Below, one piece after another: positions 27,232-36,028 of a stretch of 64,000 bases of DNA (position 1 is its first letter; every line of letters begins with the position of its first letter). The position numbers and the translations under genes were made by a program. The notes under the pieces were generated by a model that saw only the letters and a program-made list of their open reading frames with translations, made no database searches and was not told the DNA's origin. Origin of the DNA: Bacteroidales bacterium (GTDB lineage Bacteria > Bacteroidota > Bacteroidia > Bacteroidales > UBA10428); NCBI GenBank assembly GCA_016936215.1, contig JAFGPL010000150.1, forward strand, positions 5,262-69,261, given 5' to 3'.

Positions 27232-28398
27232 ATGAAGCGATTGATTGGGGTTATCGTCCTATTTTCATTCATTCCGGTGCTTTCACCAGGTAATGAAAAA
27301 CCGAAGAACTGGTCGCTTAACGGGTATCTTACCAGTATGAATTCAGTAATTATTGTGGATACACTTAAAGATTACTGGATTACAGATTACCTTTTGCATA
27401 ACCGTCTTAATTTTCAATGGTTTCCTGACAACAACTTCTCAATAAAATTAGAACTTCGTAACCGGTTTATGTATGGTGACCAGTTGAAAGCTGATATTTC
27501 CGGGGATTATCTTAAAAGTCTTGATGAAGACAAAGGTGTGGCAGATTTGTCAGTTAATTTGTTCAGTGGCAAATCTTACGTATTTAATAGTATGATAGAC
27601 AGGGCATTTATCCAATACTCGAAAGGTAAATTTGATATAACTGCTGGGCGGCAGCGGATAAACTGGGGACAAACATTTGTATGGAACCCGAATGATATTT
27701 TTAATACCTATTCATTTTTTGATTTTGATTATGAAGAACGACCCGGAAGCGATGCCATAAGGTTGCAATATTACCCAGGTATGACATCTGCGGCTGAATT
27801 GGCAGTTAAGGGCGACAGCGCAGGAAATATCACTGCAGCCGGTTTGTTTCGGGTTAACAAATTAGGGTATGATATTCAGGTACTTGCCGGAGTGTTAAAC
27901 AGCGAGGATGCCGTTCTGGGGCTTGGCTGGTCGGGAAATATTAAAAATGTATCTTTCAGGGGTGAAATGAGCTATTTTCATCCGTATGAAAATTTTTCAG
28001 ATACTTCGGGGCTCTTTTTTATATCGGCAGGGTTGGATTATTCTTTCAGCAACTCATTATTTCTGCAGATTGAAGCACTTTACAGCCAAATGCCGAAGGG
28101 ATTCAATATCACTGATTTTCTGGAGTTTTATTCAGGCCCCTTAAGTGTCAAAAATCTTTCATTTACAGAATTCAGCCTTTTTGCACAAGCCGGATATCCT
28201 CTAAATCCTTTGGTGAATGTAAATCTGGCAGGTATGTATTTCCCAAAGCTAAAAGGCTTTTATGCAGGCCCGTCGTTAAGCTACTCTCTGGCACAAAATC
28301 TTGATTTCTCAGTCTATTACCAGCTTTTCAGCGGTAAATTTGAGGCAGACAGAAAGAGTTTCCACCTGGGGTTTATGAGATTCAAATACAGTTTTTAG
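27232..28398 (+). CDS. Putative outer-membrane beta-barrel protein, last gene of the ABC operon
   Basis: Signal peptide. 'GRQRINWGQ' is a motif seen in alginate-export/porin-like barrels. The sequence alternates hydrophobic residues and ends in 'MRFKYSF' (aromatic terminus). Confidence 0.55.
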   Translation: MKRLIGVIVLFSFIPVLSPGNEKPKNWSLNGYLTSMNSVIIVDTLKDYWITDYLLHNRLNFQWFPDNNFSIKLELRNRFMYGDQLKADISGDYLKSLDEDKGVADLSVNLFSGKSYVFNSMIDRAFIQYSKGKFDITAGRQRINWGQTFVWNPNDIFNTYSFFDFDYEERPGSDAIRLQYYPGMTSAAELAVKGDSAGNITAAGLFRVNKLGYDIQVLAGVLNSEDAVLGLGWSGNIKNVSFRGEMSYFHPYENFSDTSGLFFISAGLDYSFSNSLFLQIEALYSQMPKGFNITDFLEFYSGPLSVKNLSFTEFSLFAQAGYPLNPLVNVNLAGMYFPKLKGFYAGPSLSYSLAQNLDFSVYYQLFSGKFEADRKSFHLGFMRFKYSF

Positions 28399-28436
28399 CC
28401 TAAAATTATTTCAGATATCTGTTCCAGCCAGATTGA

Positions 28437-29870
28437 CTATTGCCCTGATGGTTTATCCGGGTTACGGTATAACTGCACCTTCACCTGCATGCAGCGGTAT
28501 TCTTTTTCAAGTATCCAGTTGTTTTTTAGTTGATCAATTTCATCATCTGAAAAATCATTCATTACATTTGAATAAAAGATGTGATGATTCTTAGTAAAAT
28601 CTTTTTTGGAAAATCCTATATCATAATCAGCAAGATCAATATACTTAAATGAAGAACTATTCGGAAATTCAGTTCCAATATTTTTAAGAGCATATTCCTT
28701 TTGCTGAATATATTCAATCATCTTATTTCTTAAGTTGTAATAAGGTGCATGAGCTAGGGTAGAATCCCAACCTTGCGCTATTTTATCAGGATAAACCCAC
28801 AAATTCCCTGTTATTAAACCAATGATAACCAAAGCGAAGTAAAATTTTTTAAGAAAAACATTATGAACATATTCAAAAATTAGTTTTCCAACAATTATCG
28901 AAAAAATAAGATTTATTGGTAATAAATATCTGTGGGCGAGCAAGTATTTATGAAATAACATAGACAGGGGGAGTATGGTCAGCAGCAAAGTAAACAAAAT
29001 AAGTAGATTAACTAAGTTTTTATCAGCCTTTATTTTTTTCACTTCAGAAATCATGATCATAAAGAATACAATCCATAGAAAAAGCCTGCCGAAATCAATT
29101 AGTCGCCACCCTAATATTCCAATGTTGTAAATAAAGCCAGTAAAATTAACTCTTTCAAAGCATAATCTCCAGGGTGATTCTTCATGATAACCAATCCATC
29201 CTTTTGCAATATAATGATATACTAAATAAGCCATGGTCAGTACTCCGGCTGGTATATAAACCTGTATGATCTTTATAACTTTCCAATACCATGTTCTAAC
29301 ATTAACCTGACTATAATTAAAGTATAAGTCGAAAAAAAACAAAATGACTGATATCATCATTCCACGCATACTTATTAAGCTGAGTGATATAATCCCAATA
29401 AGGATTAATTTTCGACTGTTTTTAAGGATCATGTGCAATGTAAAAAGAAAGAAAAATACTAATGCAATATCAGGTGAGACCAAAATTGATTGACTTAATA
29501 AAGTAGGATCAATAAGGAAAATAATTAAAACAAGAAATCTGTGTTTTTTATCGACAAAACAGGATATAATCTTTTGAGATTGATATAAAATACCTAAAAG
29601 AAAAGGTAACATAAACAGATGACTTACAAATAACGATTTTTGAAAAATTTTCCATATTAATGCCAGCAACATTCCGAACACGGGAATGTGTCCACTGTCA
29701 ATGGAATCGGGCAGTAAAAAAAACTTGAAGTTGTTTTCATAGTACCAATGAGCATGTCTTGAGGCAAGTTGAATGGTATCCCAGAAGAATGAATTATTGG
29801 ATACAACAAGTGAAAGTATTATATAAAACAGGTATAATATTATATACTTAAATGATTTTTTTTTAATCAT
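28437..29870 (-). CDS. Polytopic membrane protein, GT-C-like (ArnT/PMT-type) glycosyltransferase candidate
   Basis: About 12 hydrophobic segments. The first loop carries 'FFWDTIQLASRHAHWYYEN'. A soluble C-terminal domain follows. The first ATG is at 29870, 32 nt after the atpG stop. The gene is very AT-rich. Confidence 0.4.
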   Translation of the reverse strand: MIKKKSFKYIILYLFYIILSLVVSNNSFFWDTIQLASRHAHWYYENNFKFFLLPDSIDSGHIPVFGMLLALIWKIFQKSLFVSHLFMLPFLLGILYQSQKIISCFVDKKHRFLVLIIFLIDPTLLSQSILVSPDIALVFFFLFTLHMILKNSRKLILIGIISLSLISMRGMMISVILFFFDLYFNYSQVNVRTWYWKVIKIIQVYIPAGVLTMAYLVYHYIAKGWIGYHEESPWRLCFERVNFTGFIYNIGILGWRLIDFGRLFLWIVFFMIMISEVKKIKADKNLVNLLILFTLLLTILPLSMLFHKYLLAHRYLLPINLIFSIIVGKLIFEYVHNVFLKKFYFALVIIGLITGNLWVYPDKIAQGWDSTLAHAPYYNLRNKMIEYIQQKEYALKNIGTEFPNSSSFKYIDLADYDIGFSKKDFTKNHHIFYSNVMNDFSDDEIDQLKNNWILEKEYRCMQVKVQLYRNPDKPSGQ

Positions 29871-29902
29871 AATAATTAATTCGAACAAAAACTGAAATAA
29901 GA

Positions 29903-30787
29903 TTATCCCTTTAACGCTTCTGCGCCACTTACAATTTCGAGTATTTCATTGGTAATGGCCGATTGCCTTGCTTTGTTATAGTTGAGCTGCAATGCGCGCA
30001 GCAATTCGGTGGCATTGTCGGTGGCTTTATGCATGGCTGTCATCCTGGCCCCGTGTTCTGATGCATTGGAATCGAGCAGCGCTTTGTAAAACTGCATTTT
30101 CAGTGATTTGGGTATCAATTCATTAATAATCTCTTCCCTTGAAGGTTCAAGAATATAATCAAGGGAGGTTTCAAACCTGTCTTCAAACTTCTCTTTACGG
30201 ATTAAAGGTAAAAACACTTCTCTTGTTAGTTCTTGAGATGCAGCATTTTTAAACTGGTTATAAAATATCTCAATGATATCATATTTGCCGGCAGTGAATT
30301 TGTCCATTATCCCTGAAACTACACCGAGTACATTATCAAATGTCAGACTGTCAAATAGTCCATGATGACTGTCAGTTGAAGATATACCTTTAGATTTGAG
30401 CAAATCGGCCCCTTTCTTGCCGATAGTCATAATATCCAGGGTACCATCCTGTAAAAAGGTCTTGTATTCTTCCTCGATTACCTGAAGTGTTTTTTTTACC
30501 ACGTTTGAGTTAAAAGCGCCGCACAATCCCCTGTTAGAGGTAATAACCACGAGCAGGGCACGCGATACTTCTCTTTTTTGGGTAAAAGGGCTTTCACTGT
30601 CTTTATCAAGCGAAGCGCTTAAATTTGTTAGAATTTCATGCAGTTTATTTGCATAAGGTCTCATCTGAATGATGGCATCCTGCGCCTTTCTTAATTTGGC
30701 TGCAGATACCATTTTCATTGCACTGGTGATCTGCCTGGTTGATTTTACAGATTGTATCCGGTTTCTTATATCCTTGAGGTTTGCCAT
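29903..30787 (-). CDS. atpG: F1 ATP synthase gamma subunit
   Basis: 'MANLKDIRNRIQSVKSTRQITSAMKMVSAAKLRKAQ' and C-terminal 'ITNEILEIVSGAEAL'. Confidence 0.95.
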   Translation of the reverse strand: MANLKDIRNRIQSVKSTRQITSAMKMVSAAKLRKAQDAIIQMRPYANKLHEILTNLSASLDKDSESPFTQKREVSRALLVVITSNRGLCGAFNSNVVKKTLQVIEEEYKTFLQDGTLDIMTIGKKGADLLKSKGISSTDSHHGLFDSLTFDNVLGVVSGIMDKFTAGKYDIIEIFYNQFKNAASQELTREVFLPLIRKEKFEDRFETSLDYILEPSREEIINELIPKSLKMQFYKALLDSNASEHGARMTAMHKATDNATELLRALQLNYNKARQSAITNEILEIVSGAEALKG

Positions 30788-30793
30788 GCGAAA

Positions 30794-32374
30794 CTATGCT
30801 TTATATTTTTCTGCAACTTCCAATGCCACAGCTTCAAGTGTTTTTTCGGCTTTTTCGTCAAGTTTTCCCTGTCTAAGGGTCTCAAGTATGTTTTTATGTT
30901 TCAGGTCGAGAAAATCGAGATACTCTTTTTCGAATTCTTTTATTCTATCAATCGGAAGGCTTTTCAGCAAACCCCGTGTACCGCAGAAAATAATCGCGAT
31001 TTGTTTTTCAACGGGCATAGGTGAAAACTGGCCCTGTTTTAATAATTCAACATTTTTGGCGCCTTTGTCAATAATTGCAAGTGTTGCAGCATCAAGATCT
31101 GAACCAAACTTTGCGAATGCCTCAAGTTCACGGTATTGTGCCTGGTCAAGTTTAAGGGTGCCAGCCACCTTTTTCATAGATTTTATCTGTGCATTTCCAC
31201 CTACACGAGAGACTGAAATACCCACGTTAATTGCAGGTCGAACACCTGAATTGAAAAGGTTCGATTCAAGAAAAATCTGTCCGTCGGTAATTGAAATTAC
31301 ATTGGTGGGGATATATGCCGAAACGTCACCTGCCTGTGTTTCAATAATGGGAAGGGCTGTCAGGGAGCCCCCTCCTTTAACCATAGGTTTTAATACATCG
31401 GGCAGATCATTCATCTGAGAGGCTATCTCATCGTTGTTGATGATTTTTGCTGCCCGTTCAAGCAACCTTGAGTGAAGGTAAAACACATCCCCCGGGTAGG
31501 CTTCACGTCCGGGAGGCCTTCTCAGGAGCAGCGAAACTTCACGGTATGCAACTGCCTGTTTCGAAAGGTCGTCATAAATAATTAGTGCAGGGCGTCCGGT
31601 ATCGCGAAAATATTCACCAATCGCGCATCCGGCAAACGGTGCATAAAACTGAAGGGCGGCAGGGTCTGCAGAAGTGGATGTAACAATTACAGTATAAGCC
31701 ATGGCGCCGTATTCTTCAAGTGTTTTGGCGATATTGGCAACTGTAGAACCCTTTTGGCCAATAGCAACATAAATGCAATAAACTGGTTCTCCCTTATCGT
31801 AAAATTCTTTCTGGTTAATAATGGTATCTATGGCAATTGCTGTTTTGCCGGTCTGCCTGTCGCCAATGATCAGTTCCCTTTGCCCCCGTCCGATGGGTAT
31901 CATGGCATCAATGGCCTTTAAGCCGGTTTGAAGGGGCTCGTTCACCGGTTGCCGGAAGATAACACCCGGGGCCTTCCGTTCAAAGGGTAGTTCAATAAGT
32001 TTTCCGGCGACCGGTCCTTTGCCGTCGAGCGGTTCGCCAATGGTATTGATAATCCTGCCCAATAGGCCTTCTCCGACATTTATTGAGGCTATCCGTCCTG
32101 TGCGTTTAACAGAATCACCTTCTTTAATTTTGGCTGTTTGTCCCAGCAACACTGCACCAACATTATCTTCTTCAAGGTTTAATACGATGCCGATTACTCC
32201 CGAATCGAACTCAATTAATTCGTTCGATTTTACATTATCGAGGCCATGGATACGGGCAATACCGTCCCCAACCTGCAGCACTGTGCCTACCTCTTCCAAT
32301 TCAACTGTGGTGTCAATGCCTTTAAGATGTTGTTTTAATATTTTTGATACCTCAGATGGTTTTAAAAACGTCAT
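30794..32374 (-). CDS. atpA: F1 ATP synthase alpha subunit
   Basis: Start chosen at '[15 protein letters not shown]' (32374), downstream of the atpH stop. Walker A 'GDRQTGKT'. 527 aa. Confidence 0.95.
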   Translation of the reverse strand: MTFLKPSEVSKILKQHLKGIDTTVELEEVGTVLQVGDGIARIHGLDNVKSNELIEFDSGVIGIVLNLEEDNVGAVLLGQTAKIKEGDSVKRTGRIASINVGEGLLGRIINTIGEPLDGKGPVAGKLIELPFERKAPGVIFRQPVNEPLQTGLKAIDAMIPIGRGQRELIIGDRQTGKTAIAIDTIINQKEFYDKGEPVYCIYVAIGQKGSTVANIAKTLEEYGAMAYTVIVTSTSADPAALQFYAPFAGCAIGEYFRDTGRPALIIYDDLSKQAVAYREVSLLLRRPPGREAYPGDVFYLHSRLLERAAKIINNDEIASQMNDLPDVLKPMVKGGGSLTALPIIETQAGDVSAYIPTNVISITDGQIFLESNLFNSGVRPAINVGISVSRVGGNAQIKSMKKVAGTLKLDQAQYRELEAFAKFGSDLDAATLAIIDKGAKNVELLKQGQFSPMPVEKQIAIIFCGTRGLLKSLPIDRIKEFEKEYLDFLDLKHKNILETLRQGKLDEKAEKTLEAVALEVAEKYKA

Positions 32375-32393
32375 ATTATAATGCTTTAAAGGT

Positions 32394-32933
32394 TCAACTG
32401 TATAATAATTGTGTCCTGATCCTGGCCAACACATTTGATACACTCGCATCAATCTGCTGATTGCCGATCCTGAGCACAAATCCCCCGATCAGCTCCTCAT
32501 TGGTTTTTTCTTCAAGTTCTATGCGCGTATCAAGTTTCTTTTCAATGTGTTTTATCATCGAATGCCTGGTATCTTTGTCAATAGGATAAGGTGTGGTGAG
32601 GATTGCAGATTCTATCCCGTCATTTTTTTTGCAAAGGTCTGTAAAAACCCTTGCCATTTGGCCAATATAACCGAGACGGTTATTACGAACAACAAGATCG
32701 AGAAAATTAAGTGTTATTTTTTGGAATTTTTCTCCAAAAAGGGTGTTGAGAAAATCAATTTTAACAGAAGGTTTTATCACAGGGTTGTTAATTAATAATT
32801 TAAATTCGTCAACCCCCGAAATCAGGCTTTGAACCACCTCCATGTCAACCCGCAACAGATCCTGGAGATTTTGTTCAACCGCGAGGCTGTGAAGAGCCCT
32901 GGCATACCTTATTGCAATTTTCCCTTCGTTCAT
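32394..32933 (-). CDS. atpH: F1 ATP synthase delta (OSCP) subunit
   Basis: Position between atpF and atpA. '[16 protein letters not shown]' is an OSCP-type N-terminus. Confidence 0.85.
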   Translation of the reverse strand: MNEGKIAIRYARALHSLAVEQNLQDLLRVDMEVVQSLISGVDEFKLLINNPVIKPSVKIDFLNTLFGEKFQKITLNFLDLVVRNNRLGYIGQMARVFTDLCKKNDGIESAILTTPYPIDKDTRHSMIKHIEKKLDTRIELEEKTNEELIGGFVLRIGNQQIDASVSNVLARIRTQLLYS

Positions 32934-32940
32934 GTAACTG

Positions 32941-33435
32941 TCAGTTCAGTTTGATATCACGCAACGATTTTTCAATAAATTCTTTCTGTTCCGGACTTTC
33001 AGTAAGTTTTTGCTGCAGAATTTTTCCGGCAATATCAACTGAAAGCGTGATGATTTGTTCCTTAATTTCGTTGATCGCTGTTTCCTTTTCTTTTTTAATT
33101 GATTGTTTTGCTGTGTCAATCATTTTTCTTGCCTCTTCGAGGGCATTGTTCCGTGCATCATTAATAATTGATTCCTTGAGTTCCCTGGCTTCGATAATAA
33201 TCTTATCACGCTCATTTTTTGCTTCAGCAATAATTTTTTCATTATCAGCCACGAGTTTCGACATCTCTTCTTTTGCTTTCTGGGCAGATAAGAGTGCATC
33301 CTGAATGGAATTTTCCCTTTCTTTAAGAAAACCGAGTATCGGGCGCCAGGCATATTTTTTCAATATAAACAATACAATGAAAAATGCTATGGACATCCAG
33401 AATATCGTACCCAGACTTGGAGTAATGAGTTCCAT
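32941..33435 (-). CDS. atpF: F0 ATP synthase subunit b
   Basis: A single N-terminal TM 'FWMSIAFFIVLFILKKYAW' followed by a long charged helix. Confidence 0.9.
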   Translation of the reverse strand: MELITPSLGTIFWMSIAFFIVLFILKKYAWRPILGFLKERENSIQDALLSAQKAKEEMSKLVADNEKIIAEAKNERDKIIIEARELKESIINDARNNALEEARKMIDTAKQSIKKEKETAINEIKEQIITLSVDIAGKILQQKLTESPEQKEFIEKSLRDIKLN

Positions 33436-33457
33436 AATTCAAAAATTTAAATTTTAA

Positions 33458-33494
33458 TACCCGGGGTAACAACCAACCGTTGCAACCCCGGGTA
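33458..33494 (-). promoter_or_regulatory. Intercistronic stem-loop between atpE and atpF
   Basis: 9-bp GC-rich stem 'tacccgggg' / 'ccccgggta' with a 19-nt loop, immediately downstream of the atpE stop on the minus strand. Confidence 0.55.
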
Positions 33495-33499
33495 TAATA

Positions 33500-33748
33500 C
33501 TATTCTCCGCCTGCCATCAGGCAAACAACAACTGCAAAGAGGGCAACACCTTCGATAAGGGCTGCAGAGATAATCATGTTTGTACGAATATCCCCTGCAG
33601 CTTCCGGCTGACGTGCAATGGCTTCCATTGCTGTGCCGCCGATACGCCCAATGCCGATAGCTGCCGCAATAGCCGCGATAGCAGCTCCCAGGGCTGAACC
33701 CAGCTTACCTAAACCTGCTACCTGCAATAATACTGTTAATAATGCCAT
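33500..33748 (-). CDS. atpE: F0 ATP synthase subunit c
   Basis: An 82-aa two-helix hairpin with loop 'ARQPEAAG' and carboxylate 'AALIEGVALF'. Confidence 0.95.
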   Translation of the reverse strand: MALLTVLLQVAGLGKLGSALGAAIAAIAAAIGIGRIGGTAMEAIARQPEAAGDIRTNMIISAALIEGVALFAVVVCLMAGGE

Positions 33749-33771
33749 AATACTACAATTTAAATTATATA

Positions 33772-34890
33772 CTAATGGTGTTCTTCCACAGCCATACCAA
33801 TATATAGCGCCGAAAGAAACGTAAATACAAATGCCTGTATAAATGCCACGAGCAGTTCAAGAAACATCATGAACAGAAGAAAAACCAGGGATAATGGTGA
33901 AACCATAAACCCTACCGAGGCATTTAATTCTCCAAAAACAAATATAAGGCTTAAAAATCCCAGTGTTATTAAATGACCGGCTGTTATGTTTGCAAACAGA
34001 CGGATCATCAGCACGAACGGTTTTGTAATAACACCAAATAATTCTATAAGTGGCATAACAGGTGGTATCTTAAGCCAAATTGGTACTCCTGGGGTGTTAA
34101 AGATGTGTTTCCAGTAATTTCTGTTTCCGCTGAAATTTACAGTAATCATCGTAAAGAGTGCAAGTACCCCGGTGACAGCAATATTACCTGTAAGATTTGC
34201 CCCTCCCGGCGGAATGGGGATAAGCCCAAGCATGTTATTGAACCAGATAAAGAAAAATACAGTTAACAGGTAGGGGGTAAACTTTTCATATTTATGTCCT
34301 ATGGAGGGTTTTGCTATCTCGTCCCTCACAAATAAAATGATTGGCTCAAATAATGACTGGATGCCGCGGGGAGGCTTACCCGGGTTTCTTTTGTAAGCAT
34401 TTGCTATGGAGACAAAAAGCCATAACAGGATGGCTATGCTGACAAACATTGCAAGGATATTTTTTGTGATTGAAATATCAATCGGAATATAAGATGCAGT
34501 TTCAGAAATTTCAACAATTTGGCCTTTATGTTCCCCTTCGGTCTCAAGTTTATATTCATAACCCCTGATAATATGGCTTCCATGGCCATGTTGCAATTTA
34601 CCGGAAAAAAACAGAACAAGTCCGTTGTTTTTACTTATCAGAATAACCGGCAGGGGAATTGAGTAATGTTTTCCTTTGTATGTAAAAACATGCCATTCAT
34701 GTGCATCACTAATATGTTCAAAAAGAAATTCAGAAGGATTGAATTTTTTATGTTCCGCTTCATGATGATCTGAATGACTGGTAGCTTTTTCATCAGGTTC
34801 TTCAGCAAAAGCCATTGCGGAAAAACCGGTCATGATGGATACCACGAAAAAAAAGATGATAATTAGCCTGATTCTGAACACTGTTTCCAA
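33772..34890 (-). CDS. atpB: F0 ATP synthase subunit a, with a long His-rich N-terminal extension
   Basis: 'RLFANITAGH' is the conserved Arg motif. The track start is a TTG. N-terminal 'EKATSHSDHHEAEHKK'. Confidence 0.9.
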   Translation of the reverse strand: METVFRIRLIIIFFFVVSIMTGFSAMAFAEEPDEKATSHSDHHEAEHKKFNPSEFLFEHISDAHEWHVFTYKGKHYSIPLPVILISKNNGLVLFFSGKLQHGHGSHIIRGYEYKLETEGEHKGQIVEISETASYIPIDISITKNILAMFVSIAILLWLFVSIANAYKRNPGKPPRGIQSLFEPIILFVRDEIAKPSIGHKYEKFTPYLLTVFFFIWFNNMLGLIPIPPGGANLTGNIAVTGVLALFTMITVNFSGNRNYWKHIFNTPGVPIWLKIPPVMPLIELFGVITKPFVLMIRLFANITAGHLITLGFLSLIFVFGELNASVGFMVSPLSLVFLLFMMFLELLVAFIQAFVFTFLSALYIGMAVEEHH

Positions 34891-34932
34891 TAGGTTGATT
34901 TATTCAAATACTCAACATAAATTTAATAAAAA

Positions 34933-35340
34933 CTAATCTGATTTTTCAAATTTCTTAACGGAACTTTTTGAATTATTAATCGTGGAACGGACCTCGGCAA
35001 TTGTATAAACCAGGTATAACACGAAAAACGAGATGGCAAAAGGATATGTAATGCCTTTGTTTATAATTAGATAGACCAACAACAATACGATATAAGCTAT
35101 GAATTTTACAGAAAATGAAATCAGATAAGCTGTGTTGAATTTGAGTTTATTCTTTTTTTCTGCAATTACAAGGAAAGCATGAGATGCGAGATGAATAAGG
35201 TAAAAAAAAGCAAGCAAAACCCAAAATACAGGTATATAATACTCTTTTAAAACAGTTGAGAATAACGTTGCGGCGATAACGGCAAGAATAGCTGTTATAA
35301 TGGTAACCCTGATATAATAATTGGATTGTTTGTTTTTCAT
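34933..35340 (-). CDS. Small four-TM membrane protein of the atp operon, function unknown
   Basis: 135 aa with four hydrophobic helices. It sits between the AtpZ-like gene and atpB. Confidence 0.5.
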   Translation of the reverse strand: MKNKQSNYYIRVTIITAILAVIAATLFSTVLKEYYIPVFWVLLAFFYLIHLASHAFLVIAEKKNKLKFNTAYLISFSVKFIAYIVLLLVYLIINKGITYPFAISFFVLYLVYTIAEVRSTINNSKSSVKKFEKSD

Positions 35341-35349
35341 TTCAGCATG

Positions 35350-35589
35350 TTATTTGCTTTTTATCAGGTCTTTGATAACAAAATAAATAGCCAGGATAAC
35401 CCCAAGCAGCGAAAAAACAGCAGTAAATATTGAATTGGATGTGTCAAACCAGGCGTCCATTTTAATTCCAAAGAAAACCCCGGCAAGAATAACCACAATC
35501 ATTTGAAATGCGATGCCGGAATACTTTGCATAATCACTTAGATTTTGCTGGTTCTGCTGAAGTTTTTTCTGTTTCTTTTGGTCCGGCAT
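35350..35589 (-). CDS. AtpZ/AtpI-family small membrane protein
   Basis: 'YAKYSGIAFQMIVVILAGVFFGIKMD' followed by a second TM. The first ATG is at 35589; the track ORF starts at a TTG at 35607. It overlaps the 3' end of the bactofilin gene out of frame. Confidence 0.65.
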   Translation of the reverse strand: MPDQKKQKKLQQNQQNLSDYAKYSGIAFQMIVVILAGVFFGIKMDAWFDTSNSIFTAVFSLLGVILAIYFVIKDLIKSK

Positions 35590-35944
35590 TGGAAGTTTGG
35601 GTGTCAATACTCATTGAGCAGTTACCGGTGAATTTAGCGCCTGGTTCAATGGCCAGTTTTTTAGCTACAATGTCACCGTTTAAAACCGAAGTGGCTTTTA
35701 AGGTGAGTAGTTCGGAAACAACAATTTTTCCTTCCACATTGCCTTCAACGTCAGAATTTTTGCATTGTATTTCGCCGGAAATGGTGCCGGTTTCCCCGAT
35801 TACTACTTTTCCTTTGGTTTTAAGGTTGCCCGAGAGGCTCCCGTCAATACGTATATCCCCGTTGGAAACAATATTTCCGACAATTTCAGTGCCAACGCCC
35901 AGAAGGTTGATTGCATTATTTTCTAATTCGGTATATTTTGCCAT
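35534..35944 (-). CDS. Bactofilin (polymer-forming cytoskeletal protein, DUF583 beta-helix)
   Basis: Repetitive 'GNIVSNGDIRIDGSLSGNLKTKGKVVIGETGTISGEIQCKNSDVEGNVEGKI' and a disordered tail. Confidence 0.85.
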   Translation of the reverse strand: MAKYTELENNAINLLGVGTEIVGNIVSNGDIRIDGSLSGNLKTKGKVVIGETGTISGEIQCKNSDVEGNVEGKIVVSELLTLKATSVLNGDIVAKKLAIEPGAKFTGNCSMSIDTQTSNAGPKETEKTSAEPAKSK

Positions 35945-36028
35945 TGGTTTAAATATTTTTTTTAACGATAGATAACAAAGATAAAATAAAGATTAAGAAA
36001 AATAACGCAAAACAGTTCAAATTGTTGT

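Noticed and set aside
30669-31418. 249-aa ORF antisense to atpG/atpA
   Set aside because: It overlaps two highly conserved ATP synthase genes and spans their intergenic gap. The S/A/F/C-rich translation has no domain features. It is a shadow ORF.
32375-32479. 35-codon N-terminal extension of atpA in the ORF track
   Set aside because: It would overlap the 3' end of atpH. The conserved alpha-subunit N-terminus begins at 'MTFLKPSEV' (32374).
33500-33748. Na+-translocating type of c subunit
   Set aside because: The helix-2 context is 'AALIEGVALF', without the Ser/Thr after the Glu. Helix 1 lacks the Gln of the Na+-binding signature. It is most simply a proton-coupled enzyme.
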